The position numbers were made by a program, and so were the translations under genes. From Heterodontus francisci (taxonomy: Eukaryota), in contig NC_090410.1 in the NCBI RefSeq assembly GCF_036365525.1, positions 11,687,391 through 11,746,194 of the forward strand: a stretch of 58,804 bases of DNA. The letters are read 5' to 3'. This document shows positions 1-10,854 of this stretch, in pieces. Position 1 is the first letter of the stretch, and the number at the start of each line of letters is the position of its first letter. The notes beneath the pieces were generated by a model, which saw only the letters and a list, made by a program, of their open reading frames with translations, was not told the DNA's origin and did no database searches.

Positions 1-291
1 TTACTTCTCTTTTCTATTTGCATGTGAGTATCGTGTGTGCATGCTAGCGTGGGCGCATCATATATATGTAGGTGTTAACCGTATTAGAATTTAAGTTTAA
101 GGTTTAATAAATTTCACTTTTCTTCTTTAAACCTAAGAAAGCCTGTTTATGTTCATTTCTTTGCCTTATAATTGGAAAACTGAACAAGGATTCACAAAGG
201 GGGAGCTCAAAACACACCGTTTAAAAATAAAACCCTGTTACAATAAGACCTGGTGAAGACAGTAAAAGACATTTCTCACCTGGTCATAACA
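1..291 (+). mobile_element. LTR, 3' part (cut by window edge), same family as 8974, 21235, 24508 and 28684
   Basis: Ends ...CCTGGTCATAACA and aligns by eye to the last ~290 nt of the LTRs at 24508-25335 and 28684-29602. Confidence 0.85.
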
Positions 292-830
292 GTAACCACT
301 TTACTTTTCAATTCTATCCATCTAGAAATAAACTCTCATGCTTGGTTTGCTTTTTTTATGGCCTTGCTAATCTTTGTTGCTACTTTTAGTTATTTGTGTT
401 TCAGATCTCTTTGCTCCTCTACCCCATTTAGATTATTCTAAGTGATTGTAACCTCCCTACTTTTCTTAAAAAGTAATCTCACAATTATCCATGTTGAAAT
501 TAATTTGCTAAATATATACCCATTTTGCAAGTATAATTTCTTGTAATTTTTGCAATCTTTCTCAGTATTGACTCTTCTCCCATCCCTCGCCCAATTTAGT
601 GTCATCTGCAAACTTAGAAACTGTTTTTTTTTAAATTTCAAAGTCAACAGTGATTCCCCACACTGATCCTTGTGGATAGGAGCCTTCAAAAGGGAACTGG
701 GTAAATACTGAAAAGAGAAAATGTTGCAGGGTTATGGGGAAAGAACGGGGGAGTGGGACTAACTGGACTGCTCTTTACCAGTGCAGACTCAGTGGGCCAA
801 ATGGCCTCCTTCTGTGCTGTTCTACAATTC
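292..830. mobile_element. Decayed CR1 LINE fragments (minus-strand RT region, then a plus-strand 3' tail)
   Basis: GTGTCATCTGCAAAC (FADDT antisense) near 600; tail ...GGCCAAATGGCCTCCTTCTGTGCTG. Confidence 0.65.
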
Positions 831-878
831 TCAGGTGCTTTACAGGAATATATTCAGACAAAATCTGAAATCAAACTA

Positions 879-1215
879 GGTACAATAACAGTGATTGTTA
901 TTGGACTAATGATCTGAAGACACGAGTTCAAATCCCATCGTAGAATTAAAGACAGTTAAACAAATCTGGAATTTAAAAAAAAACTAGCACTGATAATGGT
1001 GGACACCAATCTGTTGAATTGCTGTAAAACCTATCTTGTTCACTAATATCCTTTAGGGAAGGAAACTTGCCTGGTCTACATACGAGTCCAGACTCACAGA
1101 AATGTGGTTGACTCCTAACTGCCCTCTGCTATGGCTTAGCAAGCCACTCAGTTGTCACCTCCACCTTCCCAAGAAGGATTAGTAATAAGCTACAAATGCT
1201 GAATGAATAAATAAA
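879..1215 (+). mobile_element. tRNA-derived SINE
   Basis: B-box-like GAGTTCAAATCCC and an A-rich tail; body matches the antisense copy at 12258-12640. Confidence 0.65.
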
Positions 1216-1767
1216 ATATTTTTTAAAAAGGTTTTCGGACTGATGACCAACAGCTTGGCCAAGCAGGAGGGCGAGATAGAGGGAATTCCAGAGCTTAGGG
1301 CTTCGGCAGGTGAAGGCACAGCTTTAATCAACTTCAAAAACTTGGCATTCCTCCAACCAAGGCCTCTTATGCAACTCCACTCCCTCTTGCTTCACCCTAC
1401 CACTGGCAACTGTACCTTCTGCGGTCTGGGCTCCAAGTTCTGGTATACCATCCCGAAACCTCTGCCTTTCCACCTCCCTCTCCTCCTTTAAAACTCTTCT
1501 GAAAGCCTACGTCACTGACCAAATTTTTAGCAACTGCTCCTGACATCGCCTTCATTGACTGTTACTTTTTGTCTGACTATTATGAAGGACATTGGGACAT
1601 TTTTCCACATTAAAGGTGCGCTACAGATGCATGATGTTAAGACTGGTTACATTCTACCAGTGCAGTGAATATTTTCAACAGGGTGGAAACCTTTTCCTTG
1701 CATACAATACTAAGCACTATAATCCGGTAACCATTGCTCCCTTCATTCTGTCCCAACATACTCCAAT

Positions 1768-1899
1768 GTTCTGAAGAGTCACTGACCTGAAACGTTAACG
1801 CTGCTTCTCTCTCCACAGATGCTGCCAGGCCTGCTGAGTATATCCAGCATTTCTTGTTTTTATTTCAGATTTCCAGCATCTGCAGTATTTTGCTATTAT
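1768..1899 (+). mobile_element. Penelope-like pLTR fragment (family A) with a minimal hammerhead motif
   Basis: GTT-CTGAAGA-GTCactGACct-GAAA-CG-TT-AAC at 1768-1799, followed by the CTCTCTCCACAGATGCTGCC...GCAGTATTTTGC body shared with four other loci. Confidence 0.7.
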
Positions 1900-1900
1900 A

Positions 1901-2470
1901 CTTCGCTGTCTCCGGAGAATCCTTGGCATCAGGTGGCAGGACGGTATCTCCAACACAGAAGTCCTCGAGGCGGCCAACATCCCCAGCATATACACACTAC
2001 TAAGCCAGCGGCGCCTGAGACGGCTTGGCCATGTGAGCCGCATGGAAGATGGCAGGATCCCCAAGGACACATTGTACAGCGAGCTCGTCACTGGTGCCAG
2101 ACCCACCGGCCGTCCATGTCTCCGCTTTAAAGACGTCTGCAAACGCGACATGAAGTCCTGTGACATTGATCACAAGTCGTGGGAGTCAGTTGCCAGTGAT
2201 CGCCAGAGCTGGCGGGCAACCGTGAAGGCGGGGCTAAAGCGTGGCGAGTCAAAGAGACTTAGCAGTTGGCAGGAAAAAAAAACAGAAGCGCAAGGAGAGA
2301 GCCAACTGTGTAACAGTCCCGACAACCAATTTTATCTGCAGCACCTGTGGAAGAGTCTGTCACTCTAGAATTGCCCTTTATACCAACTCCAAACGCTGCT
2401 TCACAAACCACTGATCACCTCCAGGTGCTTACCCATTGTCTCTCGAGACAAGGAGGCCAAAGATATAAGA
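1901..2470 (+). mobile_element. RTE-clade LINE, 5'-truncated 3' fragment
   Basis: Nearly identical to the 3' half of the copy at 6082-7170; encodes RMEDGRIPKDTLYSEL...; frameshift in the A-run near 2275. Confidence 0.85.
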
Positions 2471-2504
2471 TAGGAAGAGACTCCAACGTAGAGTCCATTA
2501 CCAG

Positions 2505-2866
2505 CATCAGCTTCGACTCAGGAGTAGCATCCCTGTTAGAAGCTTGTAGGGTCAAGCCCCACGCCAGAGATTTAAGCCCATTACCTAGGCTGACACTTCA
2601 GTGCAGTACAGAAAGAATGCTGCACTGTTGGAGATGAGATGTTAAACTGAAACCCTGTCTTCCCTCTCAGATGGACGTAGGCAAGGAAATTTCCCCTTAG
2701 TATCCTGGTCAATACTTATTCTTTAATCAACATTAAGAACAGAATTTCTCTCATTACTTTGGGAGCTTGCTCTGTTCAAATTGGCTGCTGTATTTCCTAC
2801 ATGACAACAGTGATGATACTTCAAAAGTATGGGCATTGGGTGTAAAGTATTTTGAGATGTCCTGAA
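2505..2866 (+). mobile_element. Deu-domain SINE (SacSINE1-like)
   Basis: GGCTGACAC...CAGTGCAGTAC...TGCTGCACTG...GAGATGTTAAAC core shared with other copies in the window. Confidence 0.65.
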
Positions 2867-2884
2867 GTACATAGAATTAAAGAA

Positions 2885-4145
2885 ATTTACAGCAGGACCT
2901 GTCCATTTACTTCCATTTTCACTTCCAGGGTTAGGTCCCTGCTTATCACCATTGTTAAGAAAACCAAGACATTCATTCTTAATCCATATTCCACACGCCT
3001 CGCGTTCACTTTGTTCACAATTTCCTGTACGGCCTCTTCTGACTCTGCAATCAGTGCAGTGCCATCTGCATATCTCAAATTGTTGATGTTCAACCTACCA
3101 ATATTTCAACCTGGATAGAACTTCTATGTCTCTGAAGATAGCTTCAGCGTACAGGGACATCCCTGATTCACTCCTCTTTTGAATAGGAATCTGTCTGACA
3201 AGCTGCTATCAAGTCTCATTATTACTGATTGCTTCCAATATAGATTCTGAATTCTCCTTTTATCATTTCTGTCAATTTCTAATTTATCTAAATACTCCAT
3301 TATTTTCTGATGGTAGACTCTAGCAAATGCCTTCTCAGTCTATAAAGCATATATACACAGGTTTTTGTGCTTCCATATATCTTTCGATCATTACCCAAGT
3401 TAAAGATGCCCTGTCTTGTCCTGGTCTATATTCTTCACGTGCTCTAACTTTCGCATGCAATACTCTCATATTATGCCTTTTCTCCAGTTTTTCTATTTCC
3501 TTGCAACAGTCTTCATACCACCTTTCCTTGCCTGCACCCCCGCATGTTTTTTCTTATCTGCCTTTCTACATCATATTTTTCTTTATTCTTATTCTGTCTC
3601 CTTTTCTCCATTAGATCTTGTATTTCATCAGTCACTCATTCTTGATGTTTCCTCATCCTCTTTCTTAGGGACCTTTCAGTTACTGTATATTTCATGCTCT
3701 ATTTCAACCTTTCCCAATGCCTTTCTATTGTTTCCTCCTCACTAAGATATTGCACTGTCCCTTCCTGAGGTAAAATGTGAGAGTAACCACCACAGCATAA
3801 CCTCTTCATCACATCTTCTTCTCTCAGTCTGTCTAAGTTGGCTTGATCTTTCATGCGATTTCTTTTTGGGATTTTCAGCCTGATCTTTATCTTCATTACA
3901 AGCAGGCAGTGATCTGAATTGATGTCTGCACCTGGGTAAGTGAAGGCATTCTTGATGCTGTTCTTGTATCTTTCATTAATCATCAAAAAATCTATTTGAT
4001 TTCTGTAAACATCTCCTGGACTCTTCCAGGTGTAGTGTCTTCTTGGATGTTGTTTGAAGAGCATATTCAAGATGACCAAGTAGTTTTCCTCACAGAACTG
4101 TATCAGGTGCTCACCTCTGCTGTTCTTCATTTCTAGTCCATAAGC
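2885..4145 (-). mobile_element. Decayed RTE/BovB-like LINE of a second family (APE endonuclease and RT remnants)
   Basis: Antisense translation gives YTWKSPGDVYRNQIDF...YPGADINSDH (AP endonuclease) and NINNLRYADGTALIA (RT YADD motif, mutated). Confidence 0.8.
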
Positions 4146-4409
4146 TCTATCTAGGCCCCTCATAATTTTATACACCTGAATTAAATCTCTCCTCAGCCTC
4201 CTCTGTTCCAAAGAAAACAACCTCAGCCTATCCAATTTTTCCTCACAGCTAAGGTTGTGAAAGGGATATCTTCCTTCTCGTTAATGCGTAGGTATCAATT
4301 CGGATGAAGCTACTCCAGTCCCAGAGGGTCTGCAATCAACCTTACTTACTACTCACTCATCTCTGCAGCCTGACCCTGTGTGGTACCTCACCTCAGTTGC
4401 CTTTTCTTG

Positions 4410-4965
4410 TGAACAGGAGGAGGCCATTTAGCCCCTCGAGCCTGTTCTACCATTCAATCTGCTATCCAGCATGATCCCACTTTTCAGTTCTTGGTCCGTG
4501 GCCTTGTAGGTTGATCTGCAACCTAACCTTTGTCTCACATCCCTCAATGCCTTTGGTTGACAGAAATCTACCAATCTCGGTTTTAAAATTAATTGATCTA
4601 ACACCAATTGCTTTTTGCAGAAGAGAGTTCCAAACTTCTTTGCATGAGGATGTGTTTCCTAATTTCACCCCTGAAAGGTCTGGCTCTAATTTTTAGACTA
4701 TGCCCTCTAGCCCTTGACTCTGCAGCCAACAGAAATAGTTTCTCCCAATCTGCCCTATCTGTTCCCCTTAATATCTTGAAAATTTCGATCAGATCACCCC
4801 CTTAATCGTCTAAATTACAGAAATTCTACCCTAGTTTTTGTGTAATTTCGCCTCATAATTTAACCCTTGGAGTGCAGGTATCATTCTGCTAAATAGACCA
4901 ACATATGCTTCCTAAGTTGTGGTGCCCTGAGATGCTCCCTATGCTCCAGGTGTGGTTTAGCCAAG
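4410..4965 (-). mobile_element. CR1 LINE 3' fragment
   Basis: Antisense CR1 C-terminal region and 3' UTR (GGAGGCCATTTAGCCCCTCGAGCCTG). Confidence 0.7.
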
Positions 4966-5400
4966 GCAGCGGCGCCAGGTTTGTACTCGGGCCGCCCGGG
5001 TAACCAAAGGCCGGTTCCGCTACCTCCACCAACCGCCCAGCCTCTCCCCGAGCGGCTGGGCGGACCCTGCCCGAGTGGAAAATCCCGAGACAGTGCCCAC
5101 TTTTCCTCCCCCGCCTCCGGGTTCCTCACCTCGCCGTTTGCCGTCGCCTGGCGGACCAGCACTTCACTTTCCTGCGCCGCCATCTTCCCACCGTCGCAAA
5201 CTAACTGCGGGATTTCGGCGGAGGTCAAACGAGATCTCGCGTCACATGACCTCCGGAAGCGTGTGATGTGCGATTCCGCCATCATTGATCCTGGCGGAAA
5301 TGGCCGCCTCAGGACATTGCTCCCACCAGCTCCTCTTCAGTGTTGTGCCAGTGGCAGCAACTCATTATTTTACGACTTTAGACGACGTGCTATTGTAACA
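4965..5400 (-). promoter_or_regulatory. CpG island / housekeeping-type promoter
   Basis: CpG-dense; YY1-like GCCGCCATCTT overlapping the ATG, GTCACATGAC E-box (5241-5250), ETS motif CCGGAAG. Confidence 0.8.
5130..5183 (-). CDS. CLPTM1: First coding exon (MAAQESEVLVRQATANGE), probably CLPTM1; the remaining exons lie beyond the left edge
   Basis: AAGATGGCG start in a CpG island; phase-0 GTGAGG donor at 5129; resembles the recalled MAA(A)QE... first exon of CLPTM1; the human gene is on 19q13 like the other genes here. Confidence 0.5.
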
Positions 5401-6081
5401 AGACATATCATCGGGAATTTTAATCTCATGGTCGTTTGAAGCGTACAAAGCTATGGGATCAGCAAGTGATACAGGGGAATTGACAGGCAAAAATCAGCCG
5501 GTTCACCGAGCCTGGGCCACACCATGATAACTAAATACTTGTCCCTTCACCCCCATAGCCTGGGAGAGGCAAAAAAGATAGAGAGAAAAAAAAAGGTTAA
5601 TCCAGATGGTTAACTTTGCATCTGGACTTCAGTGGGCGGGGCTCATATTTTCTAAATGATGACTGCCATTAGGAGAAAGGGTTTATACTGCTGGTACGCA
5701 GATTTTTTGGATTGGTGACGTGTTAAGGTTTAAAATGTTTGAACTCTGGTTGGAAGATCACGCAACATATGGTCATGTGATACATTACGCTGTGGCATCT
5801 GATCACATGACATCTGTAATTGTTATTGCATCACCCTATAAACTTCAAATCTTTAAGTGTCTTTGCTTGAGCTTGCTCTCCAGCAGCCATTGTGTGAAAA
5901 CCAGGAAGTCACACGTGAGCAGATGAAACAGGGAAACCAAAGGAAGGGGATTGATTCACAGAGGGGAAGCTATGTTTCCACCAGTAACTCATAGTAATTG
6001 ACTGAAATACCCTTCATAACCAGCAGTAATACAGGCACAATAATCATTAATAGTGCATATGCAATTGATAGTAACAGGTAT

Positions 6082-7170
6082 TTCTTTCTTTTGGGCCTCC
6101 TTATCTCGAGAGACAATGGATACGCACCTGGAGGTGGTCAGTGGTTTGTGAAGCAGCGCCTGGAGTGGCTATAAAGGCCAATTCTAGAGTGACAGACTCT
6201 TCCACAGGTGCTGCAGAGAAATTTGTTTGGCGGGGCTGTTGCACAGTTGGCTCTCCCCTTGTGCCTCTGTCTTTTTTCCTGCCAACTACTAAGTCTCTTC
6301 GACTCGCCACATTTTAGCCCTGTCTTTATGGCTGCCCGCCAGCTCTGGCGAACGCTGGCAACTGACTCCCACGACTTGTGATCAATGTCACAGGATTTCA
6401 TGTCGCGTTTGCAGACGTCTTTAAAGCGGAGACATGGACAGCCGGTGGGTCTGATACCAGTGGCGAGCTCGCTGTACAATGTGTCTTTGGGGATCCTGCC
6501 ATCTTCCATGCGGCTCACATGGCCAAGCCATCTCAAGCGCCGCTGACTCAGTAGTGTGTATAAGCTGGGGATGTTGGCTGCCTCGAGGACTTCTGTGTTG
6601 GAGATGCGGTCCTGCCACCTGATGCCAAGGATTCTCCGGAGGCAGCAAAGATGGAATGAATTGAGACGTCGCTCTTGGCTGGCATACGTTGTCCAGGCCT
6701 CGCTGCCATAGAGCAAGGTACTGAGGACACAGGCCTGATACACTTGGACTTTTGTGTTCCGTGTCAGTGCGCCATTTTCCCACACTCTCTTGGCCAGTCT
6801 GGACATAGCAGTGGAAGCCTTACCCATGCGCTTGTTGATTTCTGCATCTAGAGACAGGTTACTGGTGATAGTTGAGCCTAGGTAGGTGAACCTTTGAACC
6901 ACTTCCAGAACGTGGTCGCCAATATTGATGGATGGAGCATTTCTGACGTCCTGCCCCATGATGTTCGTTTTCTTGAGGCTGATGGTTAGGCCAAATTCAT
7001 TGCAGGCAGCCGCAAACCTGTCGATGAGACTCTGCAGGCACTCTTCAGTGTGAGATGTTAAAGCAGCATCGTCAGCAAAGAGGAGTTCCCTGTTGAGGAC
7101 TTTCCGTATTTTGGACTTCGCTCTTAGACGGGCAAGGTTGAACAACCTGCCCCCTGATCTTGTGTGGAGG
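6082..7170 (-). mobile_element. Young 5'-truncated RTE-clade LINE with an open RT C-terminus and a CCHH zinc finger
   Basis: Uninterrupted ORF with LLFADDAAL, FTYLGS and CSTCGRVCHSRIGLYSHSRRC; AAAG-type tail; TSD AACAGGTAT at 6073-6081 and 7171-7179. Confidence 0.92.
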
Positions 7171-8567
7171 AACAGGTATAACACCCCAATATCCTACCTG
7201 TAATCCTATAAACTTTCTGGTATTTACCCTGAAACTATAGCCCCTGCTCTGCATAGTATGTAGTTTCCCAGTGTTCCTTTCCTTGTCTCCTTGGACTCCA
7301 GTTCTGTGTGAAGTTAACAACTCTGAACTGGGAGCCTCTGTAAGAGCTCATCTTTACTTGGGCTTCACGTCAAATTTGGCCAGCACAGACTAACCTGAAC
7401 TAAACCGAGAGATCGCACAAAGGGCAGCAAGTTCAGTGATGGGGCACTTCAGACAGCGTCCTCAAATCAGCTCAGCAAACTAATCTCTGGGCTTTGATTT
7501 CAATAATGGAAAATTTTAACAGAATGATAGTAATTACAGCATCGGAAGAGGACATTTGACCCCCAGTGCCCGTGCTGGCACTCTTCTGCTGTAAACCCAC
7601 ATAGATCCTTTTACATTGCTCCTTTTCAAGTAATTATCCCATTCCCTTATTAAATGATGTTGTTCTCTCTACTGCAGTAAGCCACTTGTGGTGAAGCATC
7701 TCATGGTCTAAAAGCCATCAGTTCAAGAACCTTCCTTTTCACTCCCCCTTTCCTGGACCAAGGCCCCAGAAAGGTCCTACAAACAGCAGTGAGAGAAATG
7801 ACCAGATAAACTGTTGATCTGGTCATTTACCAGATACTTCCTAAGACCTATTGGCTCAGGTATCATTCTATTCCATTTGTTCAACTTGGCGTCTCAGCTG
7901 AGTACAGATGGGCAGGTGGGTAATGTCTTTGAGCCCCACTGTAAGTGACGGCTACATTTGTGTGGGTCTTTCTAGTTTTGCAATGAATGGCTGACCACAC
8001 AATGAAAGATACGTTTTATTTATTATCCTGAGGGTGGCTTTCAGTTCACTGCGATTCTGAAGTCAACAGAGACAGGATAGAATACAAACTCAACAGTATT
8101 AAACAGCCATCTAAGACATAAGGGACCAAGTTACTAGGATCAGTTTTATTTTGACTGTTGGCACAAGAGATGTATCCGTTGCTTGCAATAGTACAAGAAA
8201 AATAGTCAAGTAGTGATGACTATCAATGTCTGTATTTAACCCTATTCAGTTATCTATTTATCTAAGTATCAGCCAGTTGGTAGCACTCTCACCTCTGAAT
8301 GAGGAGGCCATGGGTTTAAGTCTGTCTCCAGGACTTGAGCCCAAAAATCAAGGCTGACACTCAGTTCAGTACTGCGGGAGTGCTGCATTGTCGAAGGTGC
8401 TTTCTTTTGGGTGAGATGTTAAACTGAGGCCCCATCTGTTCTCTCAGGTCATCATAAAAAATCCCATGGCACTATTTCAAAAAAAGCAGGGGAGTTATCC
8501 TTGGTATCTTGGCCAACGTTTCTCCCTAAATCAACATTACAAAAACAAATTATCTGCTAACTCACAT

Positions 8568-8874
8568 TAAAATCTGGCTCGGGTCTAAAATTAAAGGCCG
8601 ACCCGACCACAGCCATCCCAAACCCGACCCGAGCCCTTTAATTTTTTTTCTTGTCCTACCCGACCCGACCCGACCCGAATTTCCTTCATCTGTTTTGGCA
8701 GCAGACTATTCCTGCAGCTGGAGTTGTGGGGAAACGTGGGTAAGCCTGATCCCAGAAGCAGTGTCCGGCCCAACCCAACCCAAGCCCAAATGCTGGACTC
8801 GGAATTTCGACCCGACCCGAACCTGACAAATGTAGTCGGGTTTAGTTGGGTTCGGGTCGGGTAACCAGGCTTTA
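8568..8874. mobile_element. Non-autonomous hAT transposon (MITE)
   Basis: TIRs TAAAATCTGG / CCAGGCTTTA, perfect 8-bp TSD ACTCACAT, subterminal ACCCG repeats. Confidence 0.9.
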
Positions 8875-8973
8875 ACTCACATTGCTGTTTGTTGGAGCTC
8901 GCTTTGCGCAAATTGGCTGCCATGTTTCTTACATTACAATAGTGGCTACACTTCAAAAGAACTTCATAGGCTG

Positions 8974-9892
8974 TGTTACAACCAGGTGAGAAGGGGTCTA
9001 CTGGTTCCCTCTCAGCCTTTTCCTGGTTTAACCATAACAGGGTTTAATTTTAGAAACACCGTGTTTTTAGCTCCCCCTCAGTGAATCCTTCTTCACTGCT
9101 TTCCAATTGTAAGGCAAAGAAATCAGACAGGTTTCCTCAGATTTAAACAAGAAAGGTGGAAGTTTATTAATCTTAAACTCTAATCTGGTTAATGACTATG
9201 AATATGTGACGTGACCACGCTAACATGTATATGCGATAAACACACACGCAGATAGAGACAGAAACAGTAGAAAAGAATAAAGGGGAAAAGTTTGAGGCAA
9301 TATTGGGATTATAGTTAGTCCTTTAAGTTCAATGTGGAGTCTTTGGTTGCTGGTAAGTCCTTCAATTCATTGGGGCCCAGTGCACACTTCAACTTGTTTC
9401 GATGTCGCAGTCTTTTCTCCCTTGAGGTTTACGTGTCTTCAGTGGGTCCGGTGGCTTGGGAGAAGGAGAGAGATAGAGACAGCCAGGAGAGAGGCTTCCT
9501 TGTTCCAGCTTCAGTTGCAAAACTGCCGTCTTAATTCAAACTGTCCTGTGTCTCATTCAAAAGCCTGGATCAGCCGGTCAGTCATGTGACCAGCTGGTTT
9601 AACCAGTCCTGCCTTTGTGGATTTCAAAGCTCTTGGTGGGGCGGGTGTAGGGCTGTCTCTTACTCTGACAAGATGCGGATCACCATTGCCCAGCCCGATC
9701 TCTGTTAATTGAATCAGTGAGCAATTCTTTTGACTCTCCAAGCACTGTCTGTTAGTATGCAAATGTTCTTCCAGCCAAGTGTCTGGTGATCTTCAAACAA
9801 CTCATCTCTTCACTCCAGCAACAGTATAAAATCAATGTTCATATGACAAAATTAATATGCCTCATTATTGGCAGGTGGGGGTTTGCATGACA
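8974..9892 (-). mobile_element. Solo LTR (Gypsy-type)
   Basis: TG...CA termini (TGTTACA / CATGACA) and a perfect 5-bp TSD GGCTG. Confidence 0.92.
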
Positions 9893-10191
9893 GGCTGTAA
9901 AGAGCTTTGGGACGTCCTGAGGTCTTGAAAGGTGCTACGTAAATGCATGTCTTTCCTTATTAACTGTACAGTAGATCTATTTGATAGTTTATAACTTATA
10001 TCGCAGTGTGATACGACTGCTTGTTCTACCTTCCACTATACCAAAGTCAAGAATATCGCATGAAGACATGTTATATGTCCAATACATAGAACTTATAGCA
10101 CAGAAATAGGCCATCTGGCCCAAATGGTTAATGCCAGTGTTTATGATCCATGCAAGTCTCTTCATAGTTCTTCATCTAACCTTATCAGAGT

Positions 10192-10386
10192 AAGAAAAGC
10201 AAAATAATGCAGATGCTGGAAATCTGAAATAACAACAAAAAATGCTGTAAAACACTCAGCAGGTCTGGCAGCATCTGTGGAGAGAGAAGCAAAGTTAACG
10301 TTTCAAGTCAGTCTGAAACTGTTAACTTTGCTTCTCTCTCCACAGATGCTGCCAGACCTGCTGAGTGTTTTCCAGCACTTTTTGTG
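10192..10386. mobile_element. Fold-back Penelope-like element, family A
   Basis: Head-to-head arms meeting at about 10310; perfect 11-bp TSD CTTATCAGAGT (10181-10191 and 10387-10397). Confidence 0.85.
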
Positions 10387-10410
10387 CTTATCAGAGTTAT
10401 CTTCTATTCC

Positions 10411-10854
10411 TGAAAAAAGAGACATGCTGTTGAAGCTTTTTGTCTAACACTCATCAGGACAAATGCAAGAATGCCAAATTTCAAACAGAGCAACAATTTA
10501 AACTGCATGAGAAAAAGGTGCTGTTTGGTTGGCAAGTCGACTCTGATTGCTCAAGGCATTGCCACGGAGAATGCACCAGGGAGCTATTGTCCCACACGCT
10601 TTTGTTTAATTCAGAAATGGTGCAATGCTTGGACATGTTCCTTTTGTTTTGAATTGAACAAAAGTGTGGGGGCAAAACAGTTCCTTGGTGCATTCTCCAT
10701 GGCAACGCCTCGACCAATCTGAGTTAGCTTGCCAACCAAAGAGCACCCTTTTCTCATGCAATATAAATTGTCTCGCCCTTTGAAATTTGGCATTCTTGCA
10801 TCTGTCCTGATGAGTGCAAGACGAAAAGCTTTGACAGCATGTCTCTTTTTTTCA
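10411..10854. mobile_element. 444-bp fold-back element, family B, with a hammerhead motif in each arm
   Basis: Arms of about 10411-10617 and 10647-10854 are imperfect reverse complements around a ~30-nt spacer. Confidence 0.88.
10802..10837 (+). ncRNA. Minimal type-I hammerhead ribozyme motif
   Basis: Stem I CTGTC/GACAG, core CTGATGA (10807-13), 2-bp stem II GT-gcaag-AC, GAAA (10823-26), palindromic AAGCTT stem III, UH = TT (10831-32). Confidence 0.7.

Larger units (their letters stand above)
8266..9955 (+). mobile_element. Deu-domain SINE interrupted by a hAT MITE and a solo LTR
   Basis: The SINE sequence resumes after each insertion (CACATTGCTGTTTG at 8878; GGCTGTAAAG at 9893). Confidence 0.8.

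Noticed and set aside
3699-4235. 178-aa ORF as a novel gene
   Set aside because: Chance fusion of a CR1 fragment (4144-4255) with RTE endonuclease sequence
4255-4410. HDV-like ribozyme in a possible RTE 5' UTR
   Set aside because: A hairpin is visible but I could not build the double pseudoknot by eye
4881-5439. 134- and 152-aa ORFs in the CpG island
   Set aside because: GC-rich open frames; only the 54-nt exon has both start-context and splice-donor support
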